NCBI GenBank assembly: GCA_965277805.1
Contig: OZ255842.1
Span: forward strand, 224,001-288,000
Reading direction: 5' to 3'
Source: Candidatus Lustribacter sp.
Lineage (GTDB): Bacteria; Vulcanimicrobiota; Vulcanimicrobiia; Vulcanimicrobiales; Vulcanimicrobiaceae
Length of the DNA stretch: 64,000 nucleotides
Shown: piece after piece, positions 8,759 to 18,427 of the stretch
Layout of the letters: the number at the start of each line of letters is the position of its first letter
How positions within the stretch are numbered: position 1 is the first letter of the stretch
Notes under the pieces: model-generated
What the model was told of the DNA's origin: nothing
The model's database searches: none
The model's input: the letters and a program-made list of their open reading frames with translations, nothing else
Translations under genes and position numbers: made by a program

Positions 8759-10015
8759 ATGCTGACGTCTGCCGAGAACAAGCTGCTCACCGAGATCGAG
8801 CCGGGAACGCGGATGGGGGCGCTTCTGCGCCGCTATTGGCAGCCGCTCGGCGCCACGTCGGAGATGAACGATCGCTGGACGAAGCGCGTGCGCATCTTCG
8901 GTGAGAACCTCGTGCTCTACAAGGATCGCACCGGCGCGTTCGGACTGATCGCCGAGCAGTGTCCGCATCGCAACGCGTCGCTGGCATACGCGATCCCGAC
9001 GGCCGAAGGCATCCGCTGCCCCTATCACGGCTGGATGTTCGATGCGGCCGGCCGTTGTCTCGAGCAGCCCAACGAGCCCGACGAGAGCACCTACAAGAAC
9101 AAAGTCAAAACCGCCGCGTATCCGGTCGCGGAACTCGGCGGCCTCTTGTGGGGCTATCTCGGAGAGTTGCCCGCGCCGCTGATCCCGCGGCTCGATGGGC
9201 TCGTCGCCGAAGGCACGATCCGCAGCCTGGGCCGCGCCGTGGTCAACTGCAACTGGCTGCAGATCATGGAGAATTCCGTCGACTCGGTGCACACCGAATG
9301 GCTGCACGGCAAGTTCTACGAGTTCATCAAGGAGAGCGATGACGTCAAAGTCTCGATCTCCAAACATCACGTCAAAATCGGGTTCGATGAGTTCCAGCAC
9401 GGCATCATCAAACGCCGCGTGCTCGAGGGACATACCGAAGAAGACGACGACTGGAAGATCGGCCATCCGTTGCTGTTTCCGAATACGCTCGCAATCGGCA
9501 ACGCGGGCGAAGATTGGCACGAATACCGCTTCCAATTCCGCGTACCGATCGACGACACGCATACGCAGCACTACTGGTACAGCTCGTTCGTGGTGCCGAA
9601 GAACGTCAAGGTACCCGAACACTTCTTCGATCGCGTCCACGTCTACGACGTGCCGATCAAGGACGCGGACGGCGAGTACATTCTCGATTCGATCCACGCC
9701 CAAGACATCATGACTTGGGAAACGCAGGGCCCGATCGCCGATCGCACGCGTGAATCGCTCAACTCCACCGATCGCGGGATCACGCTCTACCGCCGGATGC
9801 TGTTGCGCGAACTGCGGCGCATGGAAGACGGCGCCGATCCGAAGAGCGTCCAGCGCGATCCGGCCCAAAATCACGTCATCGATATCCCGCTCGAACGCAA
9901 GAAGGCGCACCGGGCGGAGGGTTTCGAGGATCTGCTGCGCCGCCATCAGATTCGCTACGCGCCGATCGCCGACGAGCTAATCGCGATCTTCTCGGGGAAC
10001 GGCGTCGCTTCATGA
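8759..10015 (+). CDS. Rieske oxygenase alpha subunit (LigX/phthalate dioxygenase-like)
   Basis: MLTSAENKLLT, CPHRNAS...CPYHGW, NWLQIMENSVDSVHTEWLH; close paralogue of 4232..5443. Confidence 0.93.
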   Translation: MLTSAENKLLTEIEPGTRMGALLRRYWQPLGATSEMNDRWTKRVRIFGENLVLYKDRTGAFGLIAEQCPHRNASLAYAIPTAEGIRCPYHGWMFDAAGRCLEQPNEPDESTYKNKVKTAAYPVAELGGLLWGYLGELPAPLIPRLDGLVAEGTIRSLGRAVVNCNWLQIMENSVDSVHTEWLHGKFYEFIKESDDVKVSISKHHVKIGFDEFQHGIIKRRVLEGHTEEDDDWKIGHPLLFPNTLAIGNAGEDWHEYRFQFRVPIDDTHTQHYWYSSFVVPKNVKVPEHFFDRVHVYDVPIKDADGEYILDSIHAQDIMTWETQGPIADRTRESLNSTDRGITLYRRMLLRELRRMEDGADPKSVQRDPAQNHVIDIPLERKKAHRAEGFEDLLRRHQIRYAPIADELIAIFSGNGVAS

Positions 10016-11127
10016 GCGTGTGCATTTCCCCGGGCGGCCGCGCGGTTTCCGCGGCTGAGGACGCCGCTCGCCGGATCCACGTCGCGACGACCACGGGCGT
10101 CTTCACCTACGAGCGGGCCGGAGCGAACGCGCCGTGGGCGGTTGCCGGGCACACGCTCGAAGAGCATCACATCGGATCGCTGGTCGACGTGGCGGAAGCA
10201 GGCGCGCTCTTCGCCGGCGCGCACAGCGGCGGCTTATTCGTTAGCCGGGACGCGGGGAAAACGTGGGACCGCGCGATGAACGGCATCAGCCCCGACCACG
10301 AACACGTCTTCACGCTGGCCGCCTTCGCGCACGGAAACGGAATCGAACTATGGGCCGGCACGCAGCCGGCCGCGCTTTACCGCAGCACCGACCTCGGTCG
10401 AACGTGGACCGAAGTGCCGGGCGTGCGCAACGTTCCTGGTACCGGCGAGTGGAATTTCCCGGCACCGCCGTTCGTGGCGCACGTCAAGAACGTCGCGATT
10501 CATCCGGCGGAGCCGTCGGTCATCTACGCGTGCGTCGAGCAGGGCGCGTTGCTCAAATCGACCGATGCGGGCGCGACCTGGCGCGAAATCACGTCGTACG
10601 TTTCGGCCGAAGACCGCTGGTATCACGACATGCACCGCATCACGATCAGCCCGTCGGATCCGGCGCGTCTGTATCTCACCAGCGGTGAGGGGCTCTATCG
10701 CAGCACCGATGCGGGCGCGACGTGGACGCATCTTACGACGCGCCACGATCGCGTCGGTTATCCGGACGCCTTCTTTCTCGATCCCGAAGATGAGCGCACG
10801 ATCTACATGGCCGGCAGCGGTCTCTCGCCCGACGCGTGGACGGCCGGGGCCGATACCTCGGCGCGGGCAGCGGTGTTGCGCAGCGCCGACGGCGGCGCCA
10901 CGTGGACGGAGTTGCACGACGGCTTCACCGAACCGATCCGCGGCAATTTCGAGGCGATGAGCTTGCATCGCTTCGGCAATCGCATGGCGCTCTACGCCGG
11001 CACGGCGGTCGGCGAAGTGTACGAGCGGGCCGATCGGGATGCGCCGTGGGCGCGCATCGCAAAGGATCTCTCGCCCGTCTCGAAAGTCGGCCACTACAAG
11101 AAGTTCTACGCCGCCGCCGCGCACTGA
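10012..11127 (+). CDS. BNR/Asp-box repeat beta-propeller protein (WD40/YVTN/BNR-like)
   Basis: Five Asp-boxes: SRDAGKTW, STDLGRTW, STDAGATW twice, SADGGATW; no signal peptide. Confidence 0.85.
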   Translation: MSVCISPGGRAVSAAEDAARRIHVATTTGVFTYERAGANAPWAVAGHTLEEHHIGSLVDVAEAGALFAGAHSGGLFVSRDAGKTWDRAMNGISPDHEHVFTLAAFAHGNGIELWAGTQPAALYRSTDLGRTWTEVPGVRNVPGTGEWNFPAPPFVAHVKNVAIHPAEPSVIYACVEQGALLKSTDAGATWREITSYVSAEDRWYHDMHRITISPSDPARLYLTSGEGLYRSTDAGATWTHLTTRHDRVGYPDAFFLDPEDERTIYMAGSGLSPDAWTAGADTSARAAVLRSADGGATWTELHDGFTEPIRGNFEAMSLHRFGNRMALYAGTAVGEVYERADRDAPWARIAKDLSPVSKVGHYKKFYAAAAH

Positions 11128-11130
11128 CAC

Positions 11131-12366
11131 GTGGACTACGTAACGAGTCGCGAGGCGATCGCGCTGCTCGACGTCAAACTGCAAACGCTGTACGCGTACG
11201 TGAGCCGCGGGCTGATCCACAGCGCGCCGGTAAACGACGGTAGCAAAGAGCGGCTCTATCTGCGCGCCGACATTGAGAAGCTGCGACTGCGCGCGGAAGC
11301 GCGTTCGGGCCACGGCGCCGTGGCTGCGGATGCCATGCACTATGGCCAGCCGGTCATCACGTCGGAGATCACCGAGCTGACGGCCGCCGGACCGAAGTAC
11401 CGCGGCTATCTCGCGACCGATCTGGCTGCGAGCGTTCCGTTCGAAAACGTCGCGCGTCTGTTGTGGACCGGCACGCTCGACGTCGCGGTCGTGCCGGCGC
11501 CGCAGCCGCTCGCGGTGCCGGCGACCATCGACGTCTTGTGCCGCGACATCTACGCGCGCTACGGCGACAACTCGATCTTGCGGCTCTTTGCAACGTACGT
11601 GTTCGCGTGCGGCATGGATGAGCCCGATACCGGCCATCAGCTCGCGGCGCTGCGTATGATGTACGGTCTCAGCGGATTTTTCGGCTTTTTGAGCCCGCGC
11701 AAGCGGTACCGCAGTCCCGAACCCGGTGAGTCGATCGCGCAAGCGGTGCTGCGTTCGTGCGGTCTCGATTGCGACGAAGCGCAGGTGCGCGCGCTCAACG
11801 GCGTGCTCGTGTTACTCGCCGACTACGAACTCGCGTCGGCCACGTTCGTCGCCCGCGTCGCGGCGTCGTCGGCAGCGGACGTCAACGCCTGCATCGTGGC
11901 CGCGATCGAATCGAGCTCCGGCTGGGTCGTCGAACACCGGCGCGTCGAGCGGCTCCTGGACGGCGTGACCTCCGAAGCCGAGCTGAAAGCGCGGCTCGAA
12001 CCGTTTCGCGACAGCGGCGACTTGCCGCCCGGATTTCAGCCGAATCTCTACGCCTCGCACGATCCGCGCACGGCGCCGTTGCTCGCGCTCGCGCTGCGCG
12101 CCGGCGGTGCGCGCATCACGGAGAGCGTGCAGGCCTTTCTCGGCCGCGAGGCCGAACGCGCCGGATTGCACGCGAAGGCGATGCTCGGGCTCGAAGTGTT
12201 TGCGCGCGCGCTGAACCTGCCGCGCGGTGCGGTGCCGGGGGTGTTTCTGTTGGCGCGAACCGCCGGCTGGGTCGCGCACATTCTCGAACAGTACACAAGC
12301 GAGACGCCCTTGCGTCCGCGCGCGAAGTTCGTCAGCGATCGGCACCGCGCCGGGAGATATTCGTAG
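11131..12366 (+). CDS. Citrate synthase-fold protein with N-terminal excisionase/MerR-like HTH; probable regulator
   Basis: N-term YVTSREAIALLDVKLQTLYAYVSRGLI; CS motifs YRGY, FENVARLLW, LADYELASATFVAR, DPR, FLLARTAGWVAHILEQ, LRPR. Confidence 0.85.
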   Translation: MDYVTSREAIALLDVKLQTLYAYVSRGLIHSAPVNDGSKERLYLRADIEKLRLRAEARSGHGAVAADAMHYGQPVITSEITELTAAGPKYRGYLATDLAASVPFENVARLLWTGTLDVAVVPAPQPLAVPATIDVLCRDIYARYGDNSILRLFATYVFACGMDEPDTGHQLAALRMMYGLSGFFGFLSPRKRYRSPEPGESIAQAVLRSCGLDCDEAQVRALNGVLVLLADYELASATFVARVAASSAADVNACIVAAIESSSGWVVEHRRVERLLDGVTSEAELKARLEPFRDSGDLPPGFQPNLYASHDPRTAPLLALALRAGGARITESVQAFLGREAERAGLHAKAMLGLEVFARALNLPRGAVPGVFLLARTAGWVAHILEQYTSETPLRPRAKFVSDRHRAGRYS

Positions 12367-13535
12367 TGTTCGAAGAGTTCATGATCGGGCCCGGAACGCC
12401 GGGCGGCCGCTACATGCGCGCGTACTGGCAGCCGGTTGCGCGCGGTGCCGACGTCACCCCCGGCAACGCGATCCCGATCCGGATCCTCGGCGAAAAGTTC
12501 ACGCTCTATCGCGGCGACGGCGGCACCGTCCATCTGGTCGACTATGCCTGCGCTCATCGCGGCACGCAATTGTCGACCGGCTTCGTTGAGGGCGACTGCA
12601 TCCGCTGTCTTTATCACGGCTGGCGTTACGACGCGAGCGGTCAGTGCGTCGAGCAGCCGGGCGAAGATCCCGCGTTCGCGGGTAAAGTGCGCATTCGCAC
12701 CTATCCGGTGCAAGAATATCTCGGGCTCGTCTTCGCCTATCTCGGCGAGGAAGATCCGGCGCCGCCAATGCGCCGGTTTCCGGACCTCGAGGTTCCCGGC
12801 GTGCTGGAAACCGATCCGGCCGAAATCTGGCCGTGCAATTTCCTCAACCGGCTCGACAACGACATGGCGCACGTGTCGTGGACGCACCGCGAATCGCTCA
12901 AGCGCGTCGGTCAGCGCGTCGAGCACAACACCTACGCGCAAACCTACGAGGAAACGGCGTTCGGGATCGCCGATCCGAACGGCATCGGCAACCCGCACGT
13001 CATGCCGAACATTAATATCTTGCGAGTGCCGCTGCGCGGAAACGATCGCTGGAAGGGGCTCTTTCTCCAGCGCTTGATCTTCGTCGTACCGATCGACGAC
13101 GACAACAGCATTGCGTTCGACGTCACCTTCGCTCCCGGTCTGACCGGTGACGAAGCCGAAGCCTTCCGGCAGTGGCGCCGCCCGCGCCTCAACGACGGCG
13201 ACATGGACGCGACGCTCGATATCGCGCGCGAAATTCTGGCCGGCAAACGCTCGATCCGCGAGGTTCCGGCGACCTTGGCGCGCGAGAAGCAGTTCATGAT
13301 CGAGGACTACGTGACGCAAGTGGGTCAAGGCCGCTTGATCGATCGCGCGCCGGAGCATCTCGGCCGCAACGACGCGCTGATCATCCTGTTTCGCAAGATT
13401 TGGCGGCGCGAGATGCGCGCGTTGGCCGAGAAGCAGCCGCTAACGGCGTGGACCACCACCGGTCTGTGGAAGTATCAGGACTTGCGGCCCGGATATATTG
13501 ATTCTGCCGTCAATTCAAAGGGGACGTTTGCATGA
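12366..13535 (+). CDS. Rieske oxygenase alpha subunit (LigX-like)
   Basis: GTG 12366; GPGTPGGRYMRAYWQP, CAHRGTQ...CLYHGW, CNFLNRLDNDMAHVSWTH, EDYVTQVGQG. Confidence 0.9.
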   Translation: MFEEFMIGPGTPGGRYMRAYWQPVARGADVTPGNAIPIRILGEKFTLYRGDGGTVHLVDYACAHRGTQLSTGFVEGDCIRCLYHGWRYDASGQCVEQPGEDPAFAGKVRIRTYPVQEYLGLVFAYLGEEDPAPPMRRFPDLEVPGVLETDPAEIWPCNFLNRLDNDMAHVSWTHRESLKRVGQRVEHNTYAQTYEETAFGIADPNGIGNPHVMPNINILRVPLRGNDRWKGLFLQRLIFVVPIDDDNSIAFDVTFAPGLTGDEAEAFRQWRRPRLNDGDMDATLDIAREILAGKRSIREVPATLAREKQFMIEDYVTQVGQGRLIDRAPEHLGRNDALIILFRKIWRREMRALAEKQPLTAWTTTGLWKYQDLRPGYIDSAVNSKGTFA

Positions 13536-14698
13536 AAAGGCTGATCGCGAATCTCTGTATCGCCGCGTTGGCGGCTATCCCGTCGTTTGCCGTGGCCGCG
13601 GATCCATACGAAATCAACGTGATTCTGCCGATGACCGGCGCCGCGGCGTTTCTCGGTAAGGCAGACACGAACGCGCTCAACGTCATCGAGACGACCGTCA
13701 ACAAGAGCGGCGGCATTCGCGGCCGGCCGATCAAGTTCGTCGTCGCCGATGATGAATCGACTCCGGCGCTTGCGGTACAGCTGCTCAACGGCGTGCTCGC
13801 CAAGAAAGTACCGCTGGTCCTCGGTTCGACCCTGGGCGCAACCTGCAGCGCGATGATGCCCTTGATCAAAGACGGCCCGGTCGAATACTGCTTCTCGCCG
13901 AGCATTCGTCCGCCCGCAGGCGGCTACGTCTATTCCGCCGGCGTCGGCACCAACGATCTCGTCGCAGCGATCACGCGTTACTTTCGCGATAAGGGCTACA
14001 AGAAGGTCGCGGTGATCTCCACCACCGATGCGACCGGGCAAGACGCCGATAAATCGATCGATCTCGAATTCGCGTTGCCGGAGAACAAGTCGCTCACGAT
14101 CGTCGACCGCGAACACTACAACGGTGCCGACGTGAGCATCGCGGGACAAATGGCGCACATCGCTTCGTCCGGTGCCGACGTGCTGATCGCGTGGAGCACC
14201 GGAACGCCGTTTGCAACGGTCCTGCGCGGTGCGCGTGACGCCGGACTCAACGTTCCGATCATGTCGACCAACGGCAACATGTCCTACGATCAGCTGCACC
14301 AGTACAGCGGCATCATGCCCAAGCAGCTGCTCTTCCCGGGCTTGCCGTCGTTTTCGCCCGACCAGTTGCCGAAGGGGGCGTTGAAGGACGCCGTCGGGCG
14401 TTTCCTTGGCGCCTTTAAAGCCGCCGGCCTGACGCCGCAGAACGGCGAGAACCAGGTCTGGGATCCGGTCCAGATTTTGCTCGAGGGAATCAAGAAGTAC
14501 GGCTTCGATGTGACGGCCACGCAACTGCGGGATTACGTGAACAACGTGCACGGCTGGACCGGCATTTACGGCACGTTCGACTTCAAGGACATTCCGCAGC
14601 GCGGCGTCGGCGTCGATGCGGTGATCATTCAGTACTGGGACCCGGCGAAGGAACAGTTCGTCGGCGTGAGCCGTCCCGGCGGCGCGGCGCTGCGCTAG
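13532..14698 (+). CDS. ABC substrate-binding protein, LivK/branched-chain amino acid family
   Basis: Signal peptide; LPMTGAAAFLG, NKSGGIRGRPIKFVVADDES, GIYGTFDF. Confidence 0.9.
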   Translation: MKRLIANLCIAALAAIPSFAVAADPYEINVILPMTGAAAFLGKADTNALNVIETTVNKSGGIRGRPIKFVVADDESTPALAVQLLNGVLAKKVPLVLGSTLGATCSAMMPLIKDGPVEYCFSPSIRPPAGGYVYSAGVGTNDLVAAITRYFRDKGYKKVAVISTTDATGQDADKSIDLEFALPENKSLTIVDREHYNGADVSIAGQMAHIASSGADVLIAWSTGTPFATVLRGARDAGLNVPIMSTNGNMSYDQLHQYSGIMPKQLLFPGLPSFSPDQLPKGALKDAVGRFLGAFKAAGLTPQNGENQVWDPVQILLEGIKKYGFDVTATQLRDYVNNVHGWTGIYGTFDFKDIPQRGVGVDAVIIQYWDPAKEQFVGVSRPGGAALR

Positions 14699-14699
14699 A

Positions 14700-15758
14700 A
14701 TGGCACGCGCCAGCAACTCGGCCGCCGATGCGGCGAGCACACCGGCCCGGGAACGCTGCGTCACCTCGTATCCGGTGCGGCGCGGCTATCACCCGGGACC
14801 CCTATATCCGCCGGATGTCTCGCGGCTTGCAGGCGTCGTCGATATTCACGCGCACGCGCATCCGGGACAGCAGGATGCGTTCGCGACCGCGACGTTTGCG
14901 TCGCGTTCGGGGATGCGCGGCATCCTGTTCAAGACGATCGTCGGCAAACCGGATGCGGTGGGCGCGGTGCGCGACGTACAGGAACGCCTCAATCGCTGGG
15001 CCGAGACGGAGGGCGTTACGCCGATCGTCTGCTGGTCGGGTCATATCCTCGGCGCGCGCGGCGCCGAAGTCACGGTCGCCGAAACGCGCCGCGCGCTCGA
15101 TAGCGGCATCACGGCGATTTGGCTGCCCGTGTTCAACCATGCTAACACGCTCAATACCGTCGGCGGCAAGCCCATGTGGTGGGACGCGGGTGCGGATCCC
15201 GATCTCCACACCGCGCCGCTGACGTGGGAAGAGTCGCGGGAGCGCGGCCACTTCCTGCTCGACGAAAACGGCAAGCTGCTCGACGAAGTCCGCGAGATCG
15301 TGCGCTTGTGCGCGGACCGCGACGCGCCGCTGTCCTTCGGTCATGCGACGCACGCCGAGCTGTTTGCCTTGGCCGAGGAGGTGGGACGCATCGGCTTCAC
15401 GCGCGCGGTGATCGATCATCCCTACAGCCCGTTCATCGATCTCTCGATCGACGAGATGCGGCAAGTCGCCGCCTGCGGCGTGACGCTGAACTTCACCTAC
15501 GACGAGCTCTCGCCGCTGCTCGGCATCGATCCGGCGCAGATGTGCGCTGCGATCAAAGCGGTCGGGGCCGAGCACTGCACGCTTTCGAGCGACGTCGGCG
15601 AGCCGCTCTTTCCCAGCACCGTTGAGGCGATGCGCCAGATCTGCGCATACATGGAAGCATTCGGCTTGACGCCCGATGAGCTATGGCTCGTTTCGCGCGA
15701 TAATCCGGCGCGCTTGATGGGTCTCCCCATTTTGGACCGTTCGTGCGTGTCCTCGTGA
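14700..15758 (+). CDS. Metal-dependent hydrolase (TIM barrel), DUF6282-like
   Basis: VDIHAHAHP, GMRGILFK, LSFGH, VIDHP, LSSDVG, DNPARLMGL; true start may be downstream. Confidence 0.7.
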   Translation: MARASNSAADAASTPARERCVTSYPVRRGYHPGPLYPPDVSRLAGVVDIHAHAHPGQQDAFATATFASRSGMRGILFKTIVGKPDAVGAVRDVQERLNRWAETEGVTPIVCWSGHILGARGAEVTVAETRRALDSGITAIWLPVFNHANTLNTVGGKPMWWDAGADPDLHTAPLTWEESRERGHFLLDENGKLLDEVREIVRLCADRDAPLSFGHATHAELFALAEEVGRIGFTRAVIDHPYSPFIDLSIDEMRQVAACGVTLNFTYDELSPLLGIDPAQMCAAIKAVGAEHCTLSSDVGEPLFPSTVEAMRQICAYMEAFGLTPDELWLVSRDNPARLMGLPILDRSCVSS

Positions 15759-16363
15759 TCTCGACGAGCGAGCCGGCATTTGAGCGGTTCGTGAACTTGA
15801 TGAACGCGATCGGAGCGCAGGTGCCGGGGACGGTCTTCACGTTTGAGGCGATAGCGGAAGCGGCCGCGCTGCCGCAGCTCGCCTCGGGTGCCGCCGACAT
15901 GATCGTGCCGTATCCGAAGTCGCCGCTGGACGGCATGCCATACCTCCTGTCCGCGGCGCCGGTCACCAAAGCGTACTACGTGCTCTACACCAACACGGCG
16001 CGGCCGCTCGATCTCGCGCAAATCGGGCGCTATACCATCGAGGGCCATCGCCGCAACGAGAGCGTGCTAGGGTTGTCGCTGCAGCAGAGTGCCGGCCCCG
16101 AAGCGAGCCTTACCAAGGTGCACGACGGCACGATCGACGGGTACATCAACGCCGAGGGCGCGACCGATCCGGCGCTGCGCGCGCTCGGATTCACGAACAT
16201 CCGCCGCGACCTCTACAAAGAGACGCACAACTACGTCCTCTTAGCGGACACTTCCGCCGGGCGCGACATCGACCGGTTGCTCTCGCAAGCGGTTGCTCGC
16301 GCGGCGGGCACGCCCGGCTACGACGACATGCAGAAGCGCCCGTACGGCGATTGGCAGCCGTAA
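15743..16363 (+). CDS. Family-3 solute-binding-like domain protein lacking a signal peptide
   Basis: LASGAADMIVP, SLTKVHDGTIDGYI, DIDRLLSQAV; overlaps both neighbours in an operon. Confidence 0.55.
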   Translation: MRVLVISTSEPAFERFVNLMNAIGAQVPGTVFTFEAIAEAAALPQLASGAADMIVPYPKSPLDGMPYLLSAAPVTKAYYVLYTNTARPLDLAQIGRYTIEGHRRNESVLGLSLQQSAGPEASLTKVHDGTIDGYINAEGATDPALRALGFTNIRRDLYKETHNYVLLADTSAGRDIDRLLSQAVARAAGTPGYDDMQKRPYGDWQP

Positions 16364-17220
16364 CTGAACGGCGGGTCGCGCCGCCGGGAAGCTGCGACTG
16401 TCACTTCCACGTTTTCGGAGCGCCGGATGCGTACCCGGTGCGGCACGAGAATCCGCTCTACGCCTTGCCCACGTCGGGTTTGAACGAGGCGCTCGCGATG
16501 CACGCGCGCGTCGGCGTCGATCGCGGCCTGCTCGTGCACCCCACGATCTATACGACCGACAACAGCTTACTCGTCGACAGCCTCGCCGCGATCGGAAACG
16601 CGAACTATCGCGGTATCGCGCTGGTCGACGAAACGACGAGCGACGCCGAACTCGAGCGGCTGCACGCTGCGGGCGTGCGCGGCGCGCGCTTCCACTTCAT
16701 GCCGAAGATCGGCCTCGTGCCGGATTTCGCAAGCTTTCGCCGCACGCTCGAGCGGATCGCTGCCCTCGGCTGGTTTGCGAAAGTCTTCGCGACCGGCAAC
16801 GAGCTGGCCGAAGTTGCGCCGGAAGTCATCCGCGCGCCGCTGCCGGTTCTGCTCGATCATATGTGCAAGATCGACTTTTCGCTCGGCCTCGATCAGCCCG
16901 GGCACAAGCTCGTGTTGGAACTACTCGAACACGATCACGTCTGGCTGCAGCTCTCGAACGGCGATACCGGTCCCGATGGGCCGACGGCGCCGCCTTGGCA
17001 GGCCGCCGTGCCGTTCGGCCAGGCGTACGTTGCGGCGGCACCCGATCGCATCGTGTGGGGCAGCGACTTTCCGCACGTGCTCTACTCGTACTCCGGCAAT
17101 CCGCGCCGGCCGGTGCCCGACGATGCGGACCTCATTCGCTTGCTGTACCGTTATCTGCCCGACGAAGCGGCGCGGGAAACGGTGCTCGTACGAAACCCCG
17201 CCCGGCTCGCCGGCTGGTGA
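16351..17220 (+). CDS. Amidohydrolase_2 family, 2-pyrone-4,6-dicarboxylate lactonase (LigI)-like
   Basis: CDCHFHVFG, VHPTIYTTDN, LHAAGVRGARF, LLDHM, PDRIVWGSDFPH, NPARL. Confidence 0.85.
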   Translation: MAAVTERRVAPPGSCDCHFHVFGAPDAYPVRHENPLYALPTSGLNEALAMHARVGVDRGLLVHPTIYTTDNSLLVDSLAAIGNANYRGIALVDETTSDAELERLHAAGVRGARFHFMPKIGLVPDFASFRRTLERIAALGWFAKVFATGNELAEVAPEVIRAPLPVLLDHMCKIDFSLGLDQPGHKLVLELLEHDHVWLQLSNGDTGPDGPTAPPWQAAVPFGQAYVAAAPDRIVWGSDFPHVLYSYSGNPRRPVPDDADLIRLLYRYLPDEAARETVLVRNPARLAGW

Positions 17221-17245
17221 ACCATCCATCAGAGGAGATAACGTG

Positions 17246-18418
17246 ATGACCTCAGCTCGTTTGCGCATCGCCGTGTGCGCGCTGTTCGCGCTCGCGACGC
17301 TGCTGCCGCGCGCCGCGAGCGCCGTCGATCCCTACGAGATCAACGTGATCTTGCCGCTGACCGGCACGTATGCGTTCGTCGGTAAGGGATCGCAGGCCGG
17401 ACTCGCGGGCGTCGAACAAGTCGTGAACGCGGGCGGCGGCGTGAACGGACGGCCGATCAAGTTCATCGTGACCGACGACGCCTCGAGCCCGCAAAACAGC
17501 GTGCAAATCGCCAACGCGCTGATGACGAAGGGCGTGCCGGTGTTCTTCGCCTCGTCGGTGCAAGACTGCGGCGCGATCATTCCGCTCGTGAAAGACGGCC
17601 CGGTGCTGTACTGCCTCACGCCGGGCGTGCATCCGGCGCCGGGCAGCTACGTGTTTTCGGCAAACGTCGCCTCCGACGTGACGATGGCGGTCGGGATCCG
17701 CTACTTCCACCGCAAGGGTTTGCGCCGGCTGGCGATTCTCGCCTCGACCGATGCGAGCGGGCAGGACCAAGAACACGGTGTCGACGACACGCTCGCGCGT
17801 CCCGAGTATCACGACATGACGATCGTCGCGCGCGAGCACTACGCGCCGCCCGATGTCAGCGTCAGCGCCCAGATGGCGCGCATCAAGGCCGCCAATCCGC
17901 AAGCGCTCTTGATTCTCACCGTCGGAACGCCGCTGGCGACCGCACTGCGCGCGTTCGGTGATTCCGGACTCGATATGCCGATCTTCACCTCAAACGGGAG
18001 CTCGACGTACGCGCAGATGAAGCAGTATGCGGCGTTCGTGCCGAGCAACTTGCTCTTTCCCGATCAGCCGGAGATCGTTCCCGAGGCGGTGCGCGACCGC
18101 GGCGTGCGCGATGCCGCGCTGCTCTTCACCAAGACGCTGACGGCGGTGAACGTCAAACCCGATGCAGTTCCGGCGAACACGTGGGACGCAGCGATGCTGG
18201 TCGTCTCGGCGCTGAAGAAGTACGGCACCGGCATGACCGCATCGCAATTACGTACCTACCTTACCGGCCTAAAAGGCTTTCCGGGCGTGATGGGGCGCTA
18301 CGATTTTACGGCCGTGCCGCAACGCGGGCTCACCGAGCAGTCGGTGTTCGTGGTGCGCTGGGATGCGCAGCGCGATTGGTGGCAAGCGATGAGCGGCGCC
18401 GCCGGTGAGGCGCTTTGA
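17246..18418 (+). CDS. ABC substrate-binding protein, LivK family
   Basis: GAGGAG RBS; signal peptide; DPYEINVILPLTG, NAGGGVNGRPIKF; paralogue of 13532. Confidence 0.9.
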   Translation: MTSARLRIAVCALFALATLLPRAASAVDPYEINVILPLTGTYAFVGKGSQAGLAGVEQVVNAGGGVNGRPIKFIVTDDASSPQNSVQIANALMTKGVPVFFASSVQDCGAIIPLVKDGPVLYCLTPGVHPAPGSYVFSANVASDVTMAVGIRYFHRKGLRRLAILASTDASGQDQEHGVDDTLARPEYHDMTIVAREHYAPPDVSVSAQMARIKAANPQALLILTVGTPLATALRAFGDSGLDMPIFTSNGSSTYAQMKQYAAFVPSNLLFPDQPEIVPEAVRDRGVRDAALLFTKTLTAVNVKPDAVPANTWDAAMLVVSALKKYGTGMTASQLRTYLTGLKGFPGVMGRYDFTAVPQRGLTEQSVFVVRWDAQRDWWQAMSGAAGEAL

Positions 18419-18427
18419 GCGAGGACC

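Noticed and set aside
11131-11300. Excisionase-like HTH as evidence of a prophage or integrative element
   Set aside because: It is fused to a citrate synthase fold; no integrase, att-like repeats or phage genes were seen.
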